Assembly (NCBI GenBank): GCA_964654325.1
Contig: CAZZJF010000001.1
Span: 6,606-70,605 of the forward strand
Source: an uncultured Ferruginibacter sp.
Lineage (GTDB): Bacteria > Bacteroidota > Bacteroidia > Chitinophagales > Chitinophagaceae
Length of the DNA stretch: 64,000 nt
Direction: 5' to 3'
Shown here: positions 1 to 9,571 of the stretch, piece by piece
How positions within the stretch are numbered: position 1 is the first letter of the stretch
How the letters are laid out: every line of letters begins with the position of its first letter
Position numbers and translations under genes: made by a program
The notes under the pieces: generated by a model
Told to the model about the DNA's origin: nothing
Database searches by the model: none
What the model saw: the letters and a program-made list of their open reading frames with translations, nothing else

Positions 1-929
1 CAACGGGATGCATTGTAACCTTCAGCCACCATATTCATTTCCAACTGGGCGGCTTTAACACTATACCCTTTACCAATCATAGTACCAAACTGACGGTTAC
101 GGCTATACGGCGAATAACAGGTAACGAGTAAATCACCCAGATAAACGGACGCTGCATAATCCGGCCGAGGCGTCTCTGCAGTTGTCTCGGGATGTTGCAA
201 CCTGTTTCCAGGCTGGTTTTGCTGTTGTATAAATGCAGCCATTTCGCGGGCGGCGTTGGCCGTTAGCACACTTAAAAAATTATCTCCGTATTCAAGACCA
301 TGCGCAATGCCGGCTGCCAGTGCATAGATATTTTTCAACACGGCAGCATATTGCACTCCTAACACATCCGGATTGGCCACGGTTTGCACATAAGCAGTTT
401 TAAAGTCGTGGAGCAGCTGATGCTGTGTTTGGGCATCCGTGCCAGAAAACGTCAGGTACGATAATTTTTCGGCCGCAATTTCTTCGGCATGACAAGGTCC
501 CATAACCGTCAGGTAATCAGACAAAGGCACATTGAAATGCTCGGCCAGGTACTCGTGGAGCAACTGATTGCGTTCGGGGAGAATACCTTTTACCGCCGAT
601 AGGATTTTTTTACCGGCAAAGGACTGAGCCGGCAGCGACGACAATACTGTATGGATATAAGCGGACGGTACAACCACAATAAGCACCTCACAGGCATGTA
701 TAACCGAAGCCAGATCAGTGCTCAGGGTCAGCAACGACATATCGAAGCGCGCAGCAGACAGGTATTGCGGATTATGCCCTCTTTTTTGAAAAGCATGGAT
801 TGCCTCCTCGCTGCGATTCCACCAATGAATGGACCGACCATTATCGGTGAGTATTTTGGCCAGCGCCGTGCCCCAGCTTCCACTGCCGATGATGCCATAT
901 TTTTTTTCGGATGTCGATTGATTATTCAC
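1..929 (-). CDS. gpsA: NAD(P)H-dependent glycerol-3-phosphate dehydrogenase (3' end runs off the window)
   Basis: Not in the ORF track; translated by hand from GTG 929. Shows the GIIGSGSWGTALA Rossmann motif and YLGDLLVTCYSPYSRNRQFG...VAEGYNASR; frame is open to the edge. Confidence 0.93.
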   Translation of the reverse strand, partial: MNNQSTSEKKYGIIGSGSWGTALAKILTDNGRSIHWWNRSEEAIHAFQKRGHNPQYLSAARFDMSLLTLSTDLASVIHACEVLIVVVPSAYIHTVLSSLPAQSFAGKKILSAVKGILPERNQLLHEYLAEHFNVPLSDYLTVMGPCHAEEIAAEKLSYLTFSGTDAQTQHQLLHDFKTAYVQTVANPDVLGVQYAAVLKNIYALAAGIAHGLEYGDNFLSVLTANAAREMAAFIQQQNQPGNRLQHPETTAETPRPDYAASVYLGDLLVTCYSPYSRNRQFGTMIGKGYSVKAAQLEMNMVAEGYNASR

Positions 930-980
930 GCGATGCAAGATACAGGGTTATTGAAAAACAAGTTGGATAAAAAGGAATAA

Positions 981-1733
981 TCAGAGTCCGAGTCGCTCCA
1001 CCGCCTTTTGTGCAGCTGCATAGCTGGCGTCTTTCTTACTGAATCCGCTGGCCTCGGCCACCACCTGCCCATCGACGACCGCTGCAATCGTAAACAGCCG
1101 ACGGCCCCGTTCCACGGATTCTGACAGTGTGGTAAAGGCTATTTCTTTGCCGTTTTTGGTGGCCCAGCCGTACAGTCGGTTTTTGATGTTGATATCAATA
1201 CTTTCCAATTCATCGGTAAACAGATAAGGAAGTATGATCCGCTCCTCCACCCATCGGCATGTTTTGGCATAACCATAGTCGAGGTAAACGGCACCAATCA
1301 GCGCTTCCAGGGTATTTCCGAAAATCTGGGAGATGCGGAGTCCATTATCATTCTTATTATACACGGCCAATTTTTGTAGCCCCATCTTCAATGCGATCTC
1401 ATTCAATTTCTGGCGATTGACCATCTTGCTGCGCATTTCGGTCAAAAAGCCTTCATCCTTGTATGGGTATTTACGAAACAGGTAATGGGCAATCACGGTA
1501 CTCAGTACCGCATCGCCCAGAAACTCAAGCCGTTCATTGTTCTGATCGGCACCTTCGCGAACGGACCGGTGACTAAATGCCATTCGATACAGATCGAGCG
1601 AACGAGGAGTAAAACCAAGTACATTCGACAGTTGCCGGGCAAAAGTGCGAAGCTCTTTATTCGTAGTCAGCAATATGTTGAAAAGGCGAATAGCCAAAAC
1701 CAATGGGGCATTAGTGTGTCTAAAAATAAGCAA
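981..1733 (-). CDS. rnc: Ribonuclease III (true start may be somewhat downstream)
   Basis: NERLEFLGDAVL signature, GNTLEALIGAVYLD, C-terminal dsRBD. Confidence 0.96.
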   Translation of the reverse strand: MLIFRHTNAPLVLAIRLFNILLTTNKELRTFARQLSNVLGFTPRSLDLYRMAFSHRSVREGADQNNERLEFLGDAVLSTVIAHYLFRKYPYKDEGFLTEMRSKMVNRQKLNEIALKMGLQKLAVYNKNDNGLRISQIFGNTLEALIGAVYLDYGYAKTCRWVEERIILPYLFTDELESIDINIKNRLYGWATKNGKEIAFTTLSESVERGRRLFTIAAVVDGQVVAEASGFSKKDASYAAAQKAVERLGL

Positions 1734-1779
1734 TTCTGCCTGAACAGTGCGGACACCTTCGAATCAGTTGGCTGGAATA

Positions 1780-2961
1780 TCAGTAAATACGTTCGGTGTG
1801 TAACAGAACCTGCAACACACCCGCTGCGCGCCGCAGCATGACTTTCATGTCGCGATCTGGATCCTGAAACAGGTTTTTGTATTGTTGCAAATCACCGGAA
1901 AAATCGCCATCCACACCGATGACTTCATCGCCGTTTTTCATGCCGGCTTTGTCGGCAGGCGATCCGGGAATCACGTCATCCACTAGAATTCGGTCGTCAA
2001 TCAGGTAAATAGAAAAACCGGAATAGCCATATTCAAACGGATCTGCAAAATGTCGGTTGGGTTTCAGCCAAAGCTCACCGGCCGGATAATTAAAAATAAC
2101 GTAAAAACGACGCATCAATTCATTGCCGATCAGTCCGCCCGTTTTCGGGTATCCAATGACGTTATCGGCATCTCGGAATAAATAGGTAGGCACGCGGTCA
2201 AAAGTCCACGGACCAATTTGCAGCGAACGGATGATTGTCAGTTGCATTTGCCGTTTGCCACCCATTCCTTCGATTTGAGTAAATCGCTTTTTCCGACTGC
2301 CCATCAACAGCGTGCTGTCGTTCACCAATTGCTCCTCGATTAATAAGGCCAGTCCGGCGCCGCTATCCCAATACAGCGGGATTCGTCTTTTTGTTTTGTC
2401 GCGCACCCGAAAAAGTCCGCGGGGCAACGGGTTGGGTTGAATGGGAAACAAAGTACCTCCATCCGGATAAACAATGTGTTCCGATCGGTAAACCTGCAGG
2501 TTGCAACCATCAAAATCCAGTAAAACGGCAAACGACCTAAACCAGGGATATCCCAGCACACCGTCAATCCGTTCGCCATACACAGCCGAGAGATTACTGT
2601 AGTCCTGCACCCGAAACAACATGGGTGGAAACGTAAAGCCATTCAACCGGATCGATTTTGACTCCGCCAAATACTGATTGCCAGTACCACCTATCCCCTG
2701 CACGACGGAATCTGACACGGCGGTTTGCCAACCAAATGCCTTACAGCGATCAGCATCCAGCGAAACCGATCCGCTGCCCGAATCCAAAATAAAATGCAGG
2801 GTATCCGGAATGCCCTCCAGCTGAACCGCTAACAGCACCACGCCCCCGCTCAACATCCTGAATGAAGACTGCGTGAGAGGCGGCTTGGAAGCCTGTGCCC
2901 AACCTACGGAAGAAAGCAGAAGCCAACCAATCGTCAGCCATCCCCGAAAAAACAATGTCAT
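1780..2961 (-). CDS. Exported aspartyl protease (two retropepsin-like lobes) with C-terminal PDZ domain
   Basis: Signal peptide, ILDSGSG and YWDSGAG motifs, GxLG motifs, PDZ (VIPGSPADKAGMKNGDEVIGVDG). Start moved to ATG 2961 because the track's TTG lies within the promoter element. Confidence 0.82.
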   Translation of the reverse strand: MTLFFRGWLTIGWLLLSSVGWAQASKPPLTQSSFRMLSGGVVLLAVQLEGIPDTLHFILDSGSGSVSLDADRCKAFGWQTAVSDSVVQGIGGTGNQYLAESKSIRLNGFTFPPMLFRVQDYSNLSAVYGERIDGVLGYPWFRSFAVLLDFDGCNLQVYRSEHIVYPDGGTLFPIQPNPLPRGLFRVRDKTKRRIPLYWDSGAGLALLIEEQLVNDSTLLMGSRKKRFTQIEGMGGKRQMQLTIIRSLQIGPWTFDRVPTYLFRDADNVIGYPKTGGLIGNELMRRFYVIFNYPAGELWLKPNRHFADPFEYGYSGFSIYLIDDRILVDDVIPGSPADKAGMKNGDEVIGVDGDFSGDLQQYKNLFQDPDRDMKVMLRRAAGVLQVLLHTERIY

Positions 2962-2976
2962 ATATGTACAACCATT

Positions 2977-2990
2977 CAAACGTACCTTTG
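2977..2990. promoter_or_regulatory. Back-to-back Bacteroidota -7 promoter elements sharing one TA
   Basis: CAAACGTACCTTTG reads TACCTTTG on + (2983-2990) and TACGTTTG on - (2984-2977); both match TAnnTTTG. Confidence 0.6.
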
Positions 2991-3021
2991 TTTAGTGATG
3001 TAGTATCAATGATCAATACGT

Positions 3022-4143
3022 ATGAATATAACTGATTTACTGGAACGCGCGCTGCGAATGGAAGATTTATCAGCCGATGAAGGAGTGTTTCTTTTTGAAC
3101 AGGCTCCCCTTGCCGATTTGATGTTTGTGGCCGATACATTACGGCAAAAACAGGTTCCCCACGGAAAAGTGACCTGGCAGATCGATCGCAACGTGAATAC
3201 CACCAATGTTTGTCTGGCCAACTGTAAGTTTTGCAACTTCTACCGGATTCCTGGACATGCAGAGGCCTACATCACCGATATGGATACCTACAAGCAGAAG
3301 ATTGAAGAAACTATCCGCTATGGCGGTGATCAGCTTCTCTTGCAAGGCGGTCATCACCCTGAACTGGGTCTCTCTTTCTATACCAATCTGTTTCGGGAGT
3401 TGAAATCCATGTATCCGAATATCAAGCTACATGCACTGGGTCCACCTGAGGTCGCTCATATTACCAAGCTCGAAAAAAGTACCCATCATGCGGTATTGAA
3501 AGCGCTGAAAGAAGCCGGTCTGGATAGTCTACCGGGAGCCGGAGCCGAAATCCTGAACGACCGGGTTCGCCGGCTGATTAGCAAAGGAAAATGTGGCGCA
3601 CAGGAATGGCTCGACATCATGCATGAAGCACATAAGCTCGATATCACAACCTCGGCCACGATGATGTTTGGCCATGTGGAGACCCTGCATGAGCGCTTCG
3701 ATCACCTGGTATGCATCCGCGACGTACAACACCGGAAACCAGCTGCATCCAAGGGATTCCTGGCCTTTATCCCCTGGACATTTCAGGATGCCGATACACT
3801 GCTGGCCAAAATCCGGGGCGTCAAAAACCTGACCACACCGGAGGAATATATTCGTATGATATCCCTGAGTCGTATCATGCTACCCAATGTGCTCAATATA
3901 CAGGCTAGCTGGCTGACTGTAGGTAAACAAATTGCCCAACTTTGTTTACATGCCGGTGCAAACGACTTCGGCAGCATCATGATCGAAGAGAATGTGGTCA
4001 GTGCGGCCGGTGCCCCTCATCGCTTTACCAGCCGAACCATTCAAGAGGCCATTCGGGAAGCCGGATTCGAACCACAATTGCGCAATCAGCAATATGAGTG
4101 GCGATCCATGCCCGCGATGGAAGAACAGGTAATCAATTATTGA
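3022..4143 (+). CDS. mqnC: Cyclic dehypoxanthinyl futalosine synthase (radical SAM)
   Basis: DRNVNTTNVCLANCKFCNF CxxxCxxC, LLQGGHHP, GANDFGSIMIEENVVSAAG. Confidence 0.88.
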   Translation: MNITDLLERALRMEDLSADEGVFLFEQAPLADLMFVADTLRQKQVPHGKVTWQIDRNVNTTNVCLANCKFCNFYRIPGHAEAYITDMDTYKQKIEETIRYGGDQLLLQGGHHPELGLSFYTNLFRELKSMYPNIKLHALGPPEVAHITKLEKSTHHAVLKALKEAGLDSLPGAGAEILNDRVRRLISKGKCGAQEWLDIMHEAHKLDITTSATMMFGHVETLHERFDHLVCIRDVQHRKPAASKGFLAFIPWTFQDADTLLAKIRGVKNLTTPEEYIRMISLSRIMLPNVLNIQASWLTVGKQIAQLCLHAGANDFGSIMIEENVVSAAGAPHRFTSRTIQEAIREAGFEPQLRNQQYEWRSMPAMEEQVINY

Positions 4144-4209
4144 TCGTAACCTAAACAATGTTTCTGCCCTTAAAAACAGTACCTTCGGAGGACACCAAAC
4201 AGCACATAC

Positions 4210-4869
4210 ATGCAATTCACAATACCATTGAAGGTCATTTTCGTGGCCATTACCCTATTGATTGGCAGCACGTTCTCGATGGCACAATCTTGCATTCAGC
4301 AAGGACCCAATTATTTTGTATGCGGTGTTCCGTCGAATGAGTTTGAATACATGCGGGCTTATTCTACAAATGGAGGGGCACAATTACAATCCAACTGGTG
4401 TTGGGCGGCTTGTGTGCAAATGGTATTGAATTACCATGGATTGCGGGTTGATCAGCGAGAGGTGGTTACCCGAATTTATGGAAGCGTTGAAGCAAACAGA
4501 CCGGCGAATGAACCGCAGATCCTGCGCGCGCTGAGTGGATGGGCTGCTGATTTCCGTGGACGATTCTCAACGATCAATGCCTACGGTGGTTTTACCTCTG
4601 TTCAGGAAATCGTCAATGGCTTGTCAGGCAAATGGCCCTTGATTGTCGGTTTATCGAATCCAAACAGCAATATCGGTCATGCCTACGTGCTGACGGCCAT
4701 TGAGTTCTCAAACCAATACGATATGATGGGTAATATTACCGGTATCATTCCGCACAAAGTAATTTTACGGGATCCCTGGCCCACCAACGAATCCCGGCAG
4801 GAGCTCAGTTGGGCTGAATACAATCGTCGTTGTTTCATGGCTTTGAAAATCTGGGTTACCCGTATGTAA
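4210..4869 (+). CDS. Exported papain-fold cysteine peptidase (C39/C70-like)
   Basis: Signal peptide; QxQSNWCWAA (Cys), GHAYVL (His), LRDPW (Asp). Confidence 0.72.
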   Translation: MQFTIPLKVIFVAITLLIGSTFSMAQSCIQQGPNYFVCGVPSNEFEYMRAYSTNGGAQLQSNWCWAACVQMVLNYHGLRVDQREVVTRIYGSVEANRPANEPQILRALSGWAADFRGRFSTINAYGGFTSVQEIVNGLSGKWPLIVGLSNPNSNIGHAYVLTAIEFSNQYDMMGNITGIIPHKVILRDPWPTNESRQELSWAEYNRRCFMALKIWVTRM

Positions 4870-4898
4870 TCGCTGTTATTTTTGTTTATCGACCCTGT

Positions 4899-5186
4899 AT
4901 GTTCAAAAAAAATCTACTCCGTTTCTTTCTGTTCATTGCCAATGCGGAAGGCATCTCCTACCTCTTGCTGCTGGGACTTGCCGTTCCGTTAAAATACTTG
5001 GCCGGATATCCACAACCGGTGCGGATCATCGGCATGGCTCATGGTGTTTTGTTTGTACTATACATCCTCCTGGCTTTTGCCGTCATGGAAAAATACCAAA
5101 AAGCCATTCGCTGGTTTATGTTGGCGTTTATACTTTCGTTGATTCCTTTCGGAACGTTTTATCTTGAACGAACAATGAAAAAATAG
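4899..5186 (+). CDS. DUF3817-like small membrane protein
   Basis: AEGISYLLLL...IGMAHGVLFVLY...LIPFGTF pattern; start set at ATG 4899. Confidence 0.8.
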   Translation: MFKKNLLRFFLFIANAEGISYLLLLGLAVPLKYLAGYPQPVRIIGMAHGVLFVLYILLAFAVMEKYQKAIRWFMLAFILSLIPFGTFYLERTMKK

Positions 5187-5281
5187 AGTAGCTCATGCCG
5201 CTTCATGGCTTTTGACCATTTGGCAAAAACATACTTTAGGCTTACCTTCCCCATCCAAACCTATCCAAAGCCTAACGAACC

Positions 5282-7069
5282 ATGAGAAAACGCATTGGCA
5301 CGTTGCTGCCCTTTCTTTTATTCTGCAGCATCGTTTCTGCACAAACAATTCCGATTGGGCATTTTACCATCAACCGGATTTCTGCGCCGTATTTTGTTGT
5401 AGACGGTAATAGCCCAGGCACCATTACCAAAGCATACGTTGGATTTGAAGTCAAAAACAATGCAAGCAGTGGAGTTACCTATAACCGACTCACGCTCTCC
5501 ATCACATCTATTACCAGTTCAGTACCTGCACAAACGTACACGGTACTCTCACCAGCCAATGGTCAAACCCAGATTGGCACCCTGGCTCCTGGTGAAAGCC
5601 GCGTTTGTTATTTTTACGTTTCATATCCGGCCAATGTTTCTCCGACCGGAACGTTTAATCTAAAATTGACGGACGCCAATAATGCCAATCTGTTCACCAG
5701 CTTTGCCATTTACAATCGCTCGTCCATCAGTGCGAATGCCGGCGGACTTTCGACACAAAACATCATCAATCAGGATGTTTTGGGCGGTTTTTTTATCAAT
5801 GATGTGACTTATACTGTGGGCAATTCTCAAAATAACGATGAACTCGATTTTCAGGTATCGGTATCTCCTCAGTTTGATCCTACCCGCTTTCGGCTGGTTT
5901 CCACAACGGTCATTTCCAGTACTGTAAACGGTGTCCAAACCGGCACCACCGATAGCTTGTATTTCCGATCAGGAAATGGGGGTAATTCCCAAGCAGTAGT
6001 TGTTCGTTGGAAATTTGTAATTCTCTCTTCTAACTTCACTACCTATCTGCTGCCCTATGCGGGAGCCACCAGTGGCAATACCAATTATAAATATGCGCTG
6101 AACAGCGCCTTAGGCGCCAATGGCACAGCTGTAACCATTACTGCACCCATGTCGGTAAGCATTCAAAAAACAACGGACCAATCCAGTTACTTAACCTGTG
6201 ACACGGCCCAAATCATATCTACCATCAAGAACAATAGTGCTTTTGATATTTCACTTGATAGCATTGTAGATGAATTACCTGCTGGCTTCAGTTATATCGC
6301 TTTGAGTCCAGCGAGTGATATTCAGGAGATTAACTGTATTGTTTCACCGACTGCCGGCCAAATCGGCACACTGGTGTACGCTGGTGGTGTTAGTGCTGCC
6401 AATCCCTCTTTTTTCATCCCTGCCGGTGATTCCATTCAGCTTATTTATACTGCCAAAGCATCTTGTACGCCCGCCAGCAATCTTACCAGCAGTGTGCAAG
6501 CCTATATTGGCACCAACGCGGTCAGTGCCAGTGCCACTGTACAGGTCGTATCGGTTATTCCGGTTCGACTGATTCGATTCGACGGCATAATTCGGGCAAA
6601 TCATCCTGTGCTATCCTGGCAAACGGCTAATGAGTCAGACATTTTTGAATACCAAATACAACGATCCAGTGATCAGCGAGTTTGGATGACTGTCGGTGCT
6701 GTTAAAGCCCAGCTGCGCCCCAGTGCGGTCTACCAATATACTGATGTAACCAGTGTTGCCAGTGATCAATGGTATCGACTCCGTATCGTAGAGGCAAACG
6801 GACGATCTAATTACAGTCGGGTCATTCACGTGAAACATCCCGAGAAAAAAACCGGCATTCAGTTGATGCCAAATCGCACGAACGACCAACACCTTCATAT
6901 AATAGTTGACCAAAAACAATTCATACGAATTATTGATGCCGGCGGTCGTACACTCCTACGTCAGTTTGTTGATGCAAAACCAGGCGTTCAGCGAGTATAC
7001 ATTCCGGGAATTAAAACCGGAATCTACTTACTGATAACATCAGACGGCACACAGTCTTTTTGGTATTAA
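5282..7069 (+). CDS. T9SS-secreted protein with DUF11-like Ig domain
   Basis: Signal peptide; S/T/N-rich beta body; IQKTTD...TIKN...IVDELPAGFSY; VIPVRLIRFDG pre-CTD domain; IIDAGGR..GIYLL CTD. Confidence 0.75.
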   Translation: MRKRIGTLLPFLLFCSIVSAQTIPIGHFTINRISAPYFVVDGNSPGTITKAYVGFEVKNNASSGVTYNRLTLSITSITSSVPAQTYTVLSPANGQTQIGTLAPGESRVCYFYVSYPANVSPTGTFNLKLTDANNANLFTSFAIYNRSSISANAGGLSTQNIINQDVLGGFFINDVTYTVGNSQNNDELDFQVSVSPQFDPTRFRLVSTTVISSTVNGVQTGTTDSLYFRSGNGGNSQAVVVRWKFVILSSNFTTYLLPYAGATSGNTNYKYALNSALGANGTAVTITAPMSVSIQKTTDQSSYLTCDTAQIISTIKNNSAFDISLDSIVDELPAGFSYIALSPASDIQEINCIVSPTAGQIGTLVYAGGVSAANPSFFIPAGDSIQLIYTAKASCTPASNLTSSVQAYIGTNAVSASATVQVVSVIPVRLIRFDGIIRANHPVLSWQTANESDIFEYQIQRSSDQRVWMTVGAVKAQLRPSAVYQYTDVTSVASDQWYRLRIVEANGRSNYSRVIHVKHPEKKTGIQLMPNRTNDQHLHIIVDQKQFIRIIDAGGRTLLRQFVDAKPGVQRVYIPGIKTGIYLLITSDGTQSFWY

Positions 7070-7151
7070 GCCAGACTCGTTTCATCAACTTTTTCAATCA
7101 GGCGGGCACACCTCCATAAATTGGCGGTCTGCCCGTTTATGTTTGTGGTTG

Positions 7152-8015
7152 ATGCATACATATCCCGACCATAGCACCAACGCGTTGTTACTAGATGAGG
7201 ACTTTGAAAACAACCGGCATTCCTGGGAAGAAACCGACAGGGCCACCGCGATGAGCCGGATTTCAGATGGCTGTTATGAAATGATCAACCACACGGAGGA
7301 CGAGTGGCATTTTTATGCCATGCGAACCGGGCTGTGTATTGGCCATGACTTTCTGTTGGAAGCAACCGTTTTGGTAGACCCCTCCTCGAAAACCGGGCAT
7401 GCTGGTCTCATTTGGGGTGTTTCCGATTATTTTGAACGATTCAACCGCTTTGCATTGTCTGCCAGCGGCGAGCGGGTTGTCATCATGCAGGCTGATCGGA
7501 ACAATCGACGCGTATTTCATCGTTTCCGATCGGAAGAACAACCGAATGTGCCCATGCGATCCCCCATCACTTTTTCGATACTGAGGGCCGGCACACACCA
7601 TCATTTTTTCATCAATAGACATCACGTGTGCACCGCACACAATCAGCATTTTATATACGAGGGCAACCAGGTCGGATTCTATCTGGAACCACGTATGCAT
7701 ATCCGATCGACGGCCATTCGAATGCAAGCCCTATCCGGCATCCAGCCACTCCGTATCGAAGACATGCTGAAAAACGGTCAACCAAGGTTTGAAATGAAAA
7801 AACACATCTCCCAGATTATTGAAAAAGAAAAGCAAAACCTTCATCGGCAAGAAGAGTTGATTATTCATGCCCTCACCCTGTTCGCTCATTTACATCCTCA
7901 CCGATTGAATGAAGCAGCCAAACAAGAACTTACCGACAAAATCAGGCGGTTTTTTGAACAAGAGCAACTACTGCTGGAGGAGGATCCCCGTCAATTTCTT
8001 GGCATTGTTTATTAG
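7152..8015 (+). CDS. Hypothetical protein: ConA/DUF1080-like beta-sandwich plus charged helical tail
   Basis: Long ORF; LLDEDFENNRHSW start, GLIWG, VGFYL pattern; no signal peptide. Confidence 0.55.
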   Translation: MHTYPDHSTNALLLDEDFENNRHSWEETDRATAMSRISDGCYEMINHTEDEWHFYAMRTGLCIGHDFLLEATVLVDPSSKTGHAGLIWGVSDYFERFNRFALSASGERVVIMQADRNNRRVFHRFRSEEQPNVPMRSPITFSILRAGTHHHFFINRHHVCTAHNQHFIYEGNQVGFYLEPRMHIRSTAIRMQALSGIQPLRIEDMLKNGQPRFEMKKHISQIIEKEKQNLHRQEELIIHALTLFAHLHPHRLNEAAKQELTDKIRRFFEQEQLLLEEDPRQFLGIVY

Positions 8016-8051
8016 TCGGCCGATAGCTTCACTACCAGTGAAAAAGACCAA

Positions 8052-9062
8052 TCATTCGTAATTGGCCGCCATTTTTTGAATAATCTTTTTCAACGACTGT
8101 CGGAGCGCGACGGGCTTATGAACAATACAATGCGGACCAAAGGCCAATAGCCGTTGATGAAGCTCATGGTTATCGAGGACCAGCAAGGTCACCTTGATTG
8201 CTTGGGGTTTTTGGGCAACAATTTGTTGCGAGGCGTGAATCGGTTCGCGCAGCAGATGTTCATGAAAGGGAGCGGACACAGTCATCTCTACCGTTACCGG
8301 CTTGCCGTCGTTTTCCATGATGCCCACTGCGTATTTGGTAAATGTGTCGTAGGGAAAATCCTGGCGGTATCGTTGGGTAGCGGCATCATAGGAGATCTGC
8401 TCGATGCGATTCAGGGCATACGTGCGATAATCATTCTTCGCCGGCTCCCAGCCTACTACATACCATTTATTTTGATGTTCCCGGAGCAACACCGGCTGGA
8501 TCACTCGCGCCGATTTTTCATTCTTATAGATATTCAGGTATTGAATAGTAGCCAGATGCCGGTTTCTGATCGCATGATACAGGCCCGAGAGCCACTCATA
8601 ACCGGTTTGTGCGGTTGGTGTTTCAAATTGCACCACTTTGTCTTTATACGGATCGTGGGGATTCAATTCAATTTCGAAATGAGCATGAATTTTTTCGATG
8701 GCATCCTTAAAGTTTCGAAAAATGGGCACCTGGGCATATTGATACAGCAGTGAAGCGGCATATTCCAGCGACTCCCACTCCTGGGTGGAAATGTCCAGCT
8801 CCTCGATGGTAAAATCGGGTTCGGTATAATAATAGCCATCCTGCGCACGGCTGTAGGCGATTGGAGCCGAAAGCCCGCCGTCTTCCACCGAACTTTTCAT
8901 GAACCGAATATCTTTTTCAATGGTTGATGGCGAGATGGTCACATGGAGAAAGTCGCTGCAGCGCTTGGCCAGGCGCTGTTTGGACGGAAACCGTTCCTTC
9001 GGATCACGCAAACACCGGTTAATGAAGCGATGTCTTTTCTCAACAGATTTGATCTTTGGCAT
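8052..9062 (-). CDS. WYL-domain transcriptional regulator (wHTH-WYL-WCX)
   Basis: STIEKDIRFM HTH, IQPVLLREHQNKWYVVG, RTYALNRI, LLAFGPHCIVHKPVALR. Confidence 0.93.
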   Translation of the reverse strand: MPKIKSVEKRHRFINRCLRDPKERFPSKQRLAKRCSDFLHVTISPSTIEKDIRFMKSSVEDGGLSAPIAYSRAQDGYYYTEPDFTIEELDISTQEWESLEYAASLLYQYAQVPIFRNFKDAIEKIHAHFEIELNPHDPYKDKVVQFETPTAQTGYEWLSGLYHAIRNRHLATIQYLNIYKNEKSARVIQPVLLREHQNKWYVVGWEPAKNDYRTYALNRIEQISYDAATQRYRQDFPYDTFTKYAVGIMENDGKPVTVEMTVSAPFHEHLLREPIHASQQIVAQKPQAIKVTLLVLDNHELHQRLLAFGPHCIVHKPVALRQSLKKIIQKMAANYE

Positions 9063-9161
9063 AGCGGGATTTCTTCACGAATGTATCCGAAAATTAAACA
9101 CCGGCAACTCTTCTTTTAACAGCTTTTTTTAAACCACCAAAAACTGGAGGTCTGAACCCGG

Positions 9162-9169
9162 TAGTTTTG
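9162..9169 (+). promoter_or_regulatory. -7 promoter element of the WYL-divergent gene
   Basis: TAGTTTTG, exact TAnnTTTG, 17 nt before ATG 9187. Confidence 0.55.
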
Positions 9170-9186
9170 ATCTAAATCATAACAAC

Positions 9187-9571
9187 ATGAAAATCGAATG
9201 CGACAAACAGGCTATCCGGCATTTCAAGATTCATCCAACCACCCGCACGCATTTGCAGGATCAATTTCCTGAGGAAGGACAAACCCTGATTCACTGTTCG
9301 TATGTTTCCAAAGAAATGTATGTAAACGGAGGATTGGTCAACATTTATCCGACTACGTTTCTTCAATCGGATACAGGTTGCATGATCTCGATGCTGGATG
9401 CTCAGTCTATTCCACTAGCCCCCGAAAAGTATTATTTCACGAGATGCGGTCAGCTAAAGCAATTCACCTTATTGTTTCCAAAAATTCCGTCGGACTGGCA
9501 AACGTTTGATTTCATTGAAAAAACGAATACCGGTTAACGATTCCGGGATCTATCACGTTCAACTCTCCTGA
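9187..9571 (+). pseudogene. Conserved Bacteroidota hypothetical gene with a 3' deletion/frameshift
   Basis: Frame 0 stops at TAA 9535-9537 after FIEKTNTG. The +1 frame continues NDSGIYHVQLS to TGA 9569-9571, which resembles the terminus I recall for this family. Confidence 0.55.

Noticed and set aside
651-980. 109-aa + strand ORF
   Set aside because: Antisense shadow of gpsA, which the track missed because its stop is outside the window
7263-7727. 154-aa - strand ORF
   Set aside because: Fully antisense to the 7152-8015 gene; no motif or signal peptide
8154-8753. 199-aa + strand ORF
   Set aside because: Shadow of the WYL gene
9138-9169. AAAACT-N17-AGTTTT inverted repeat as a WYL operator
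   Set aside because: Arms are only 6 bp and the right arm is simply the -7 promoter box; not distinguishable from chance
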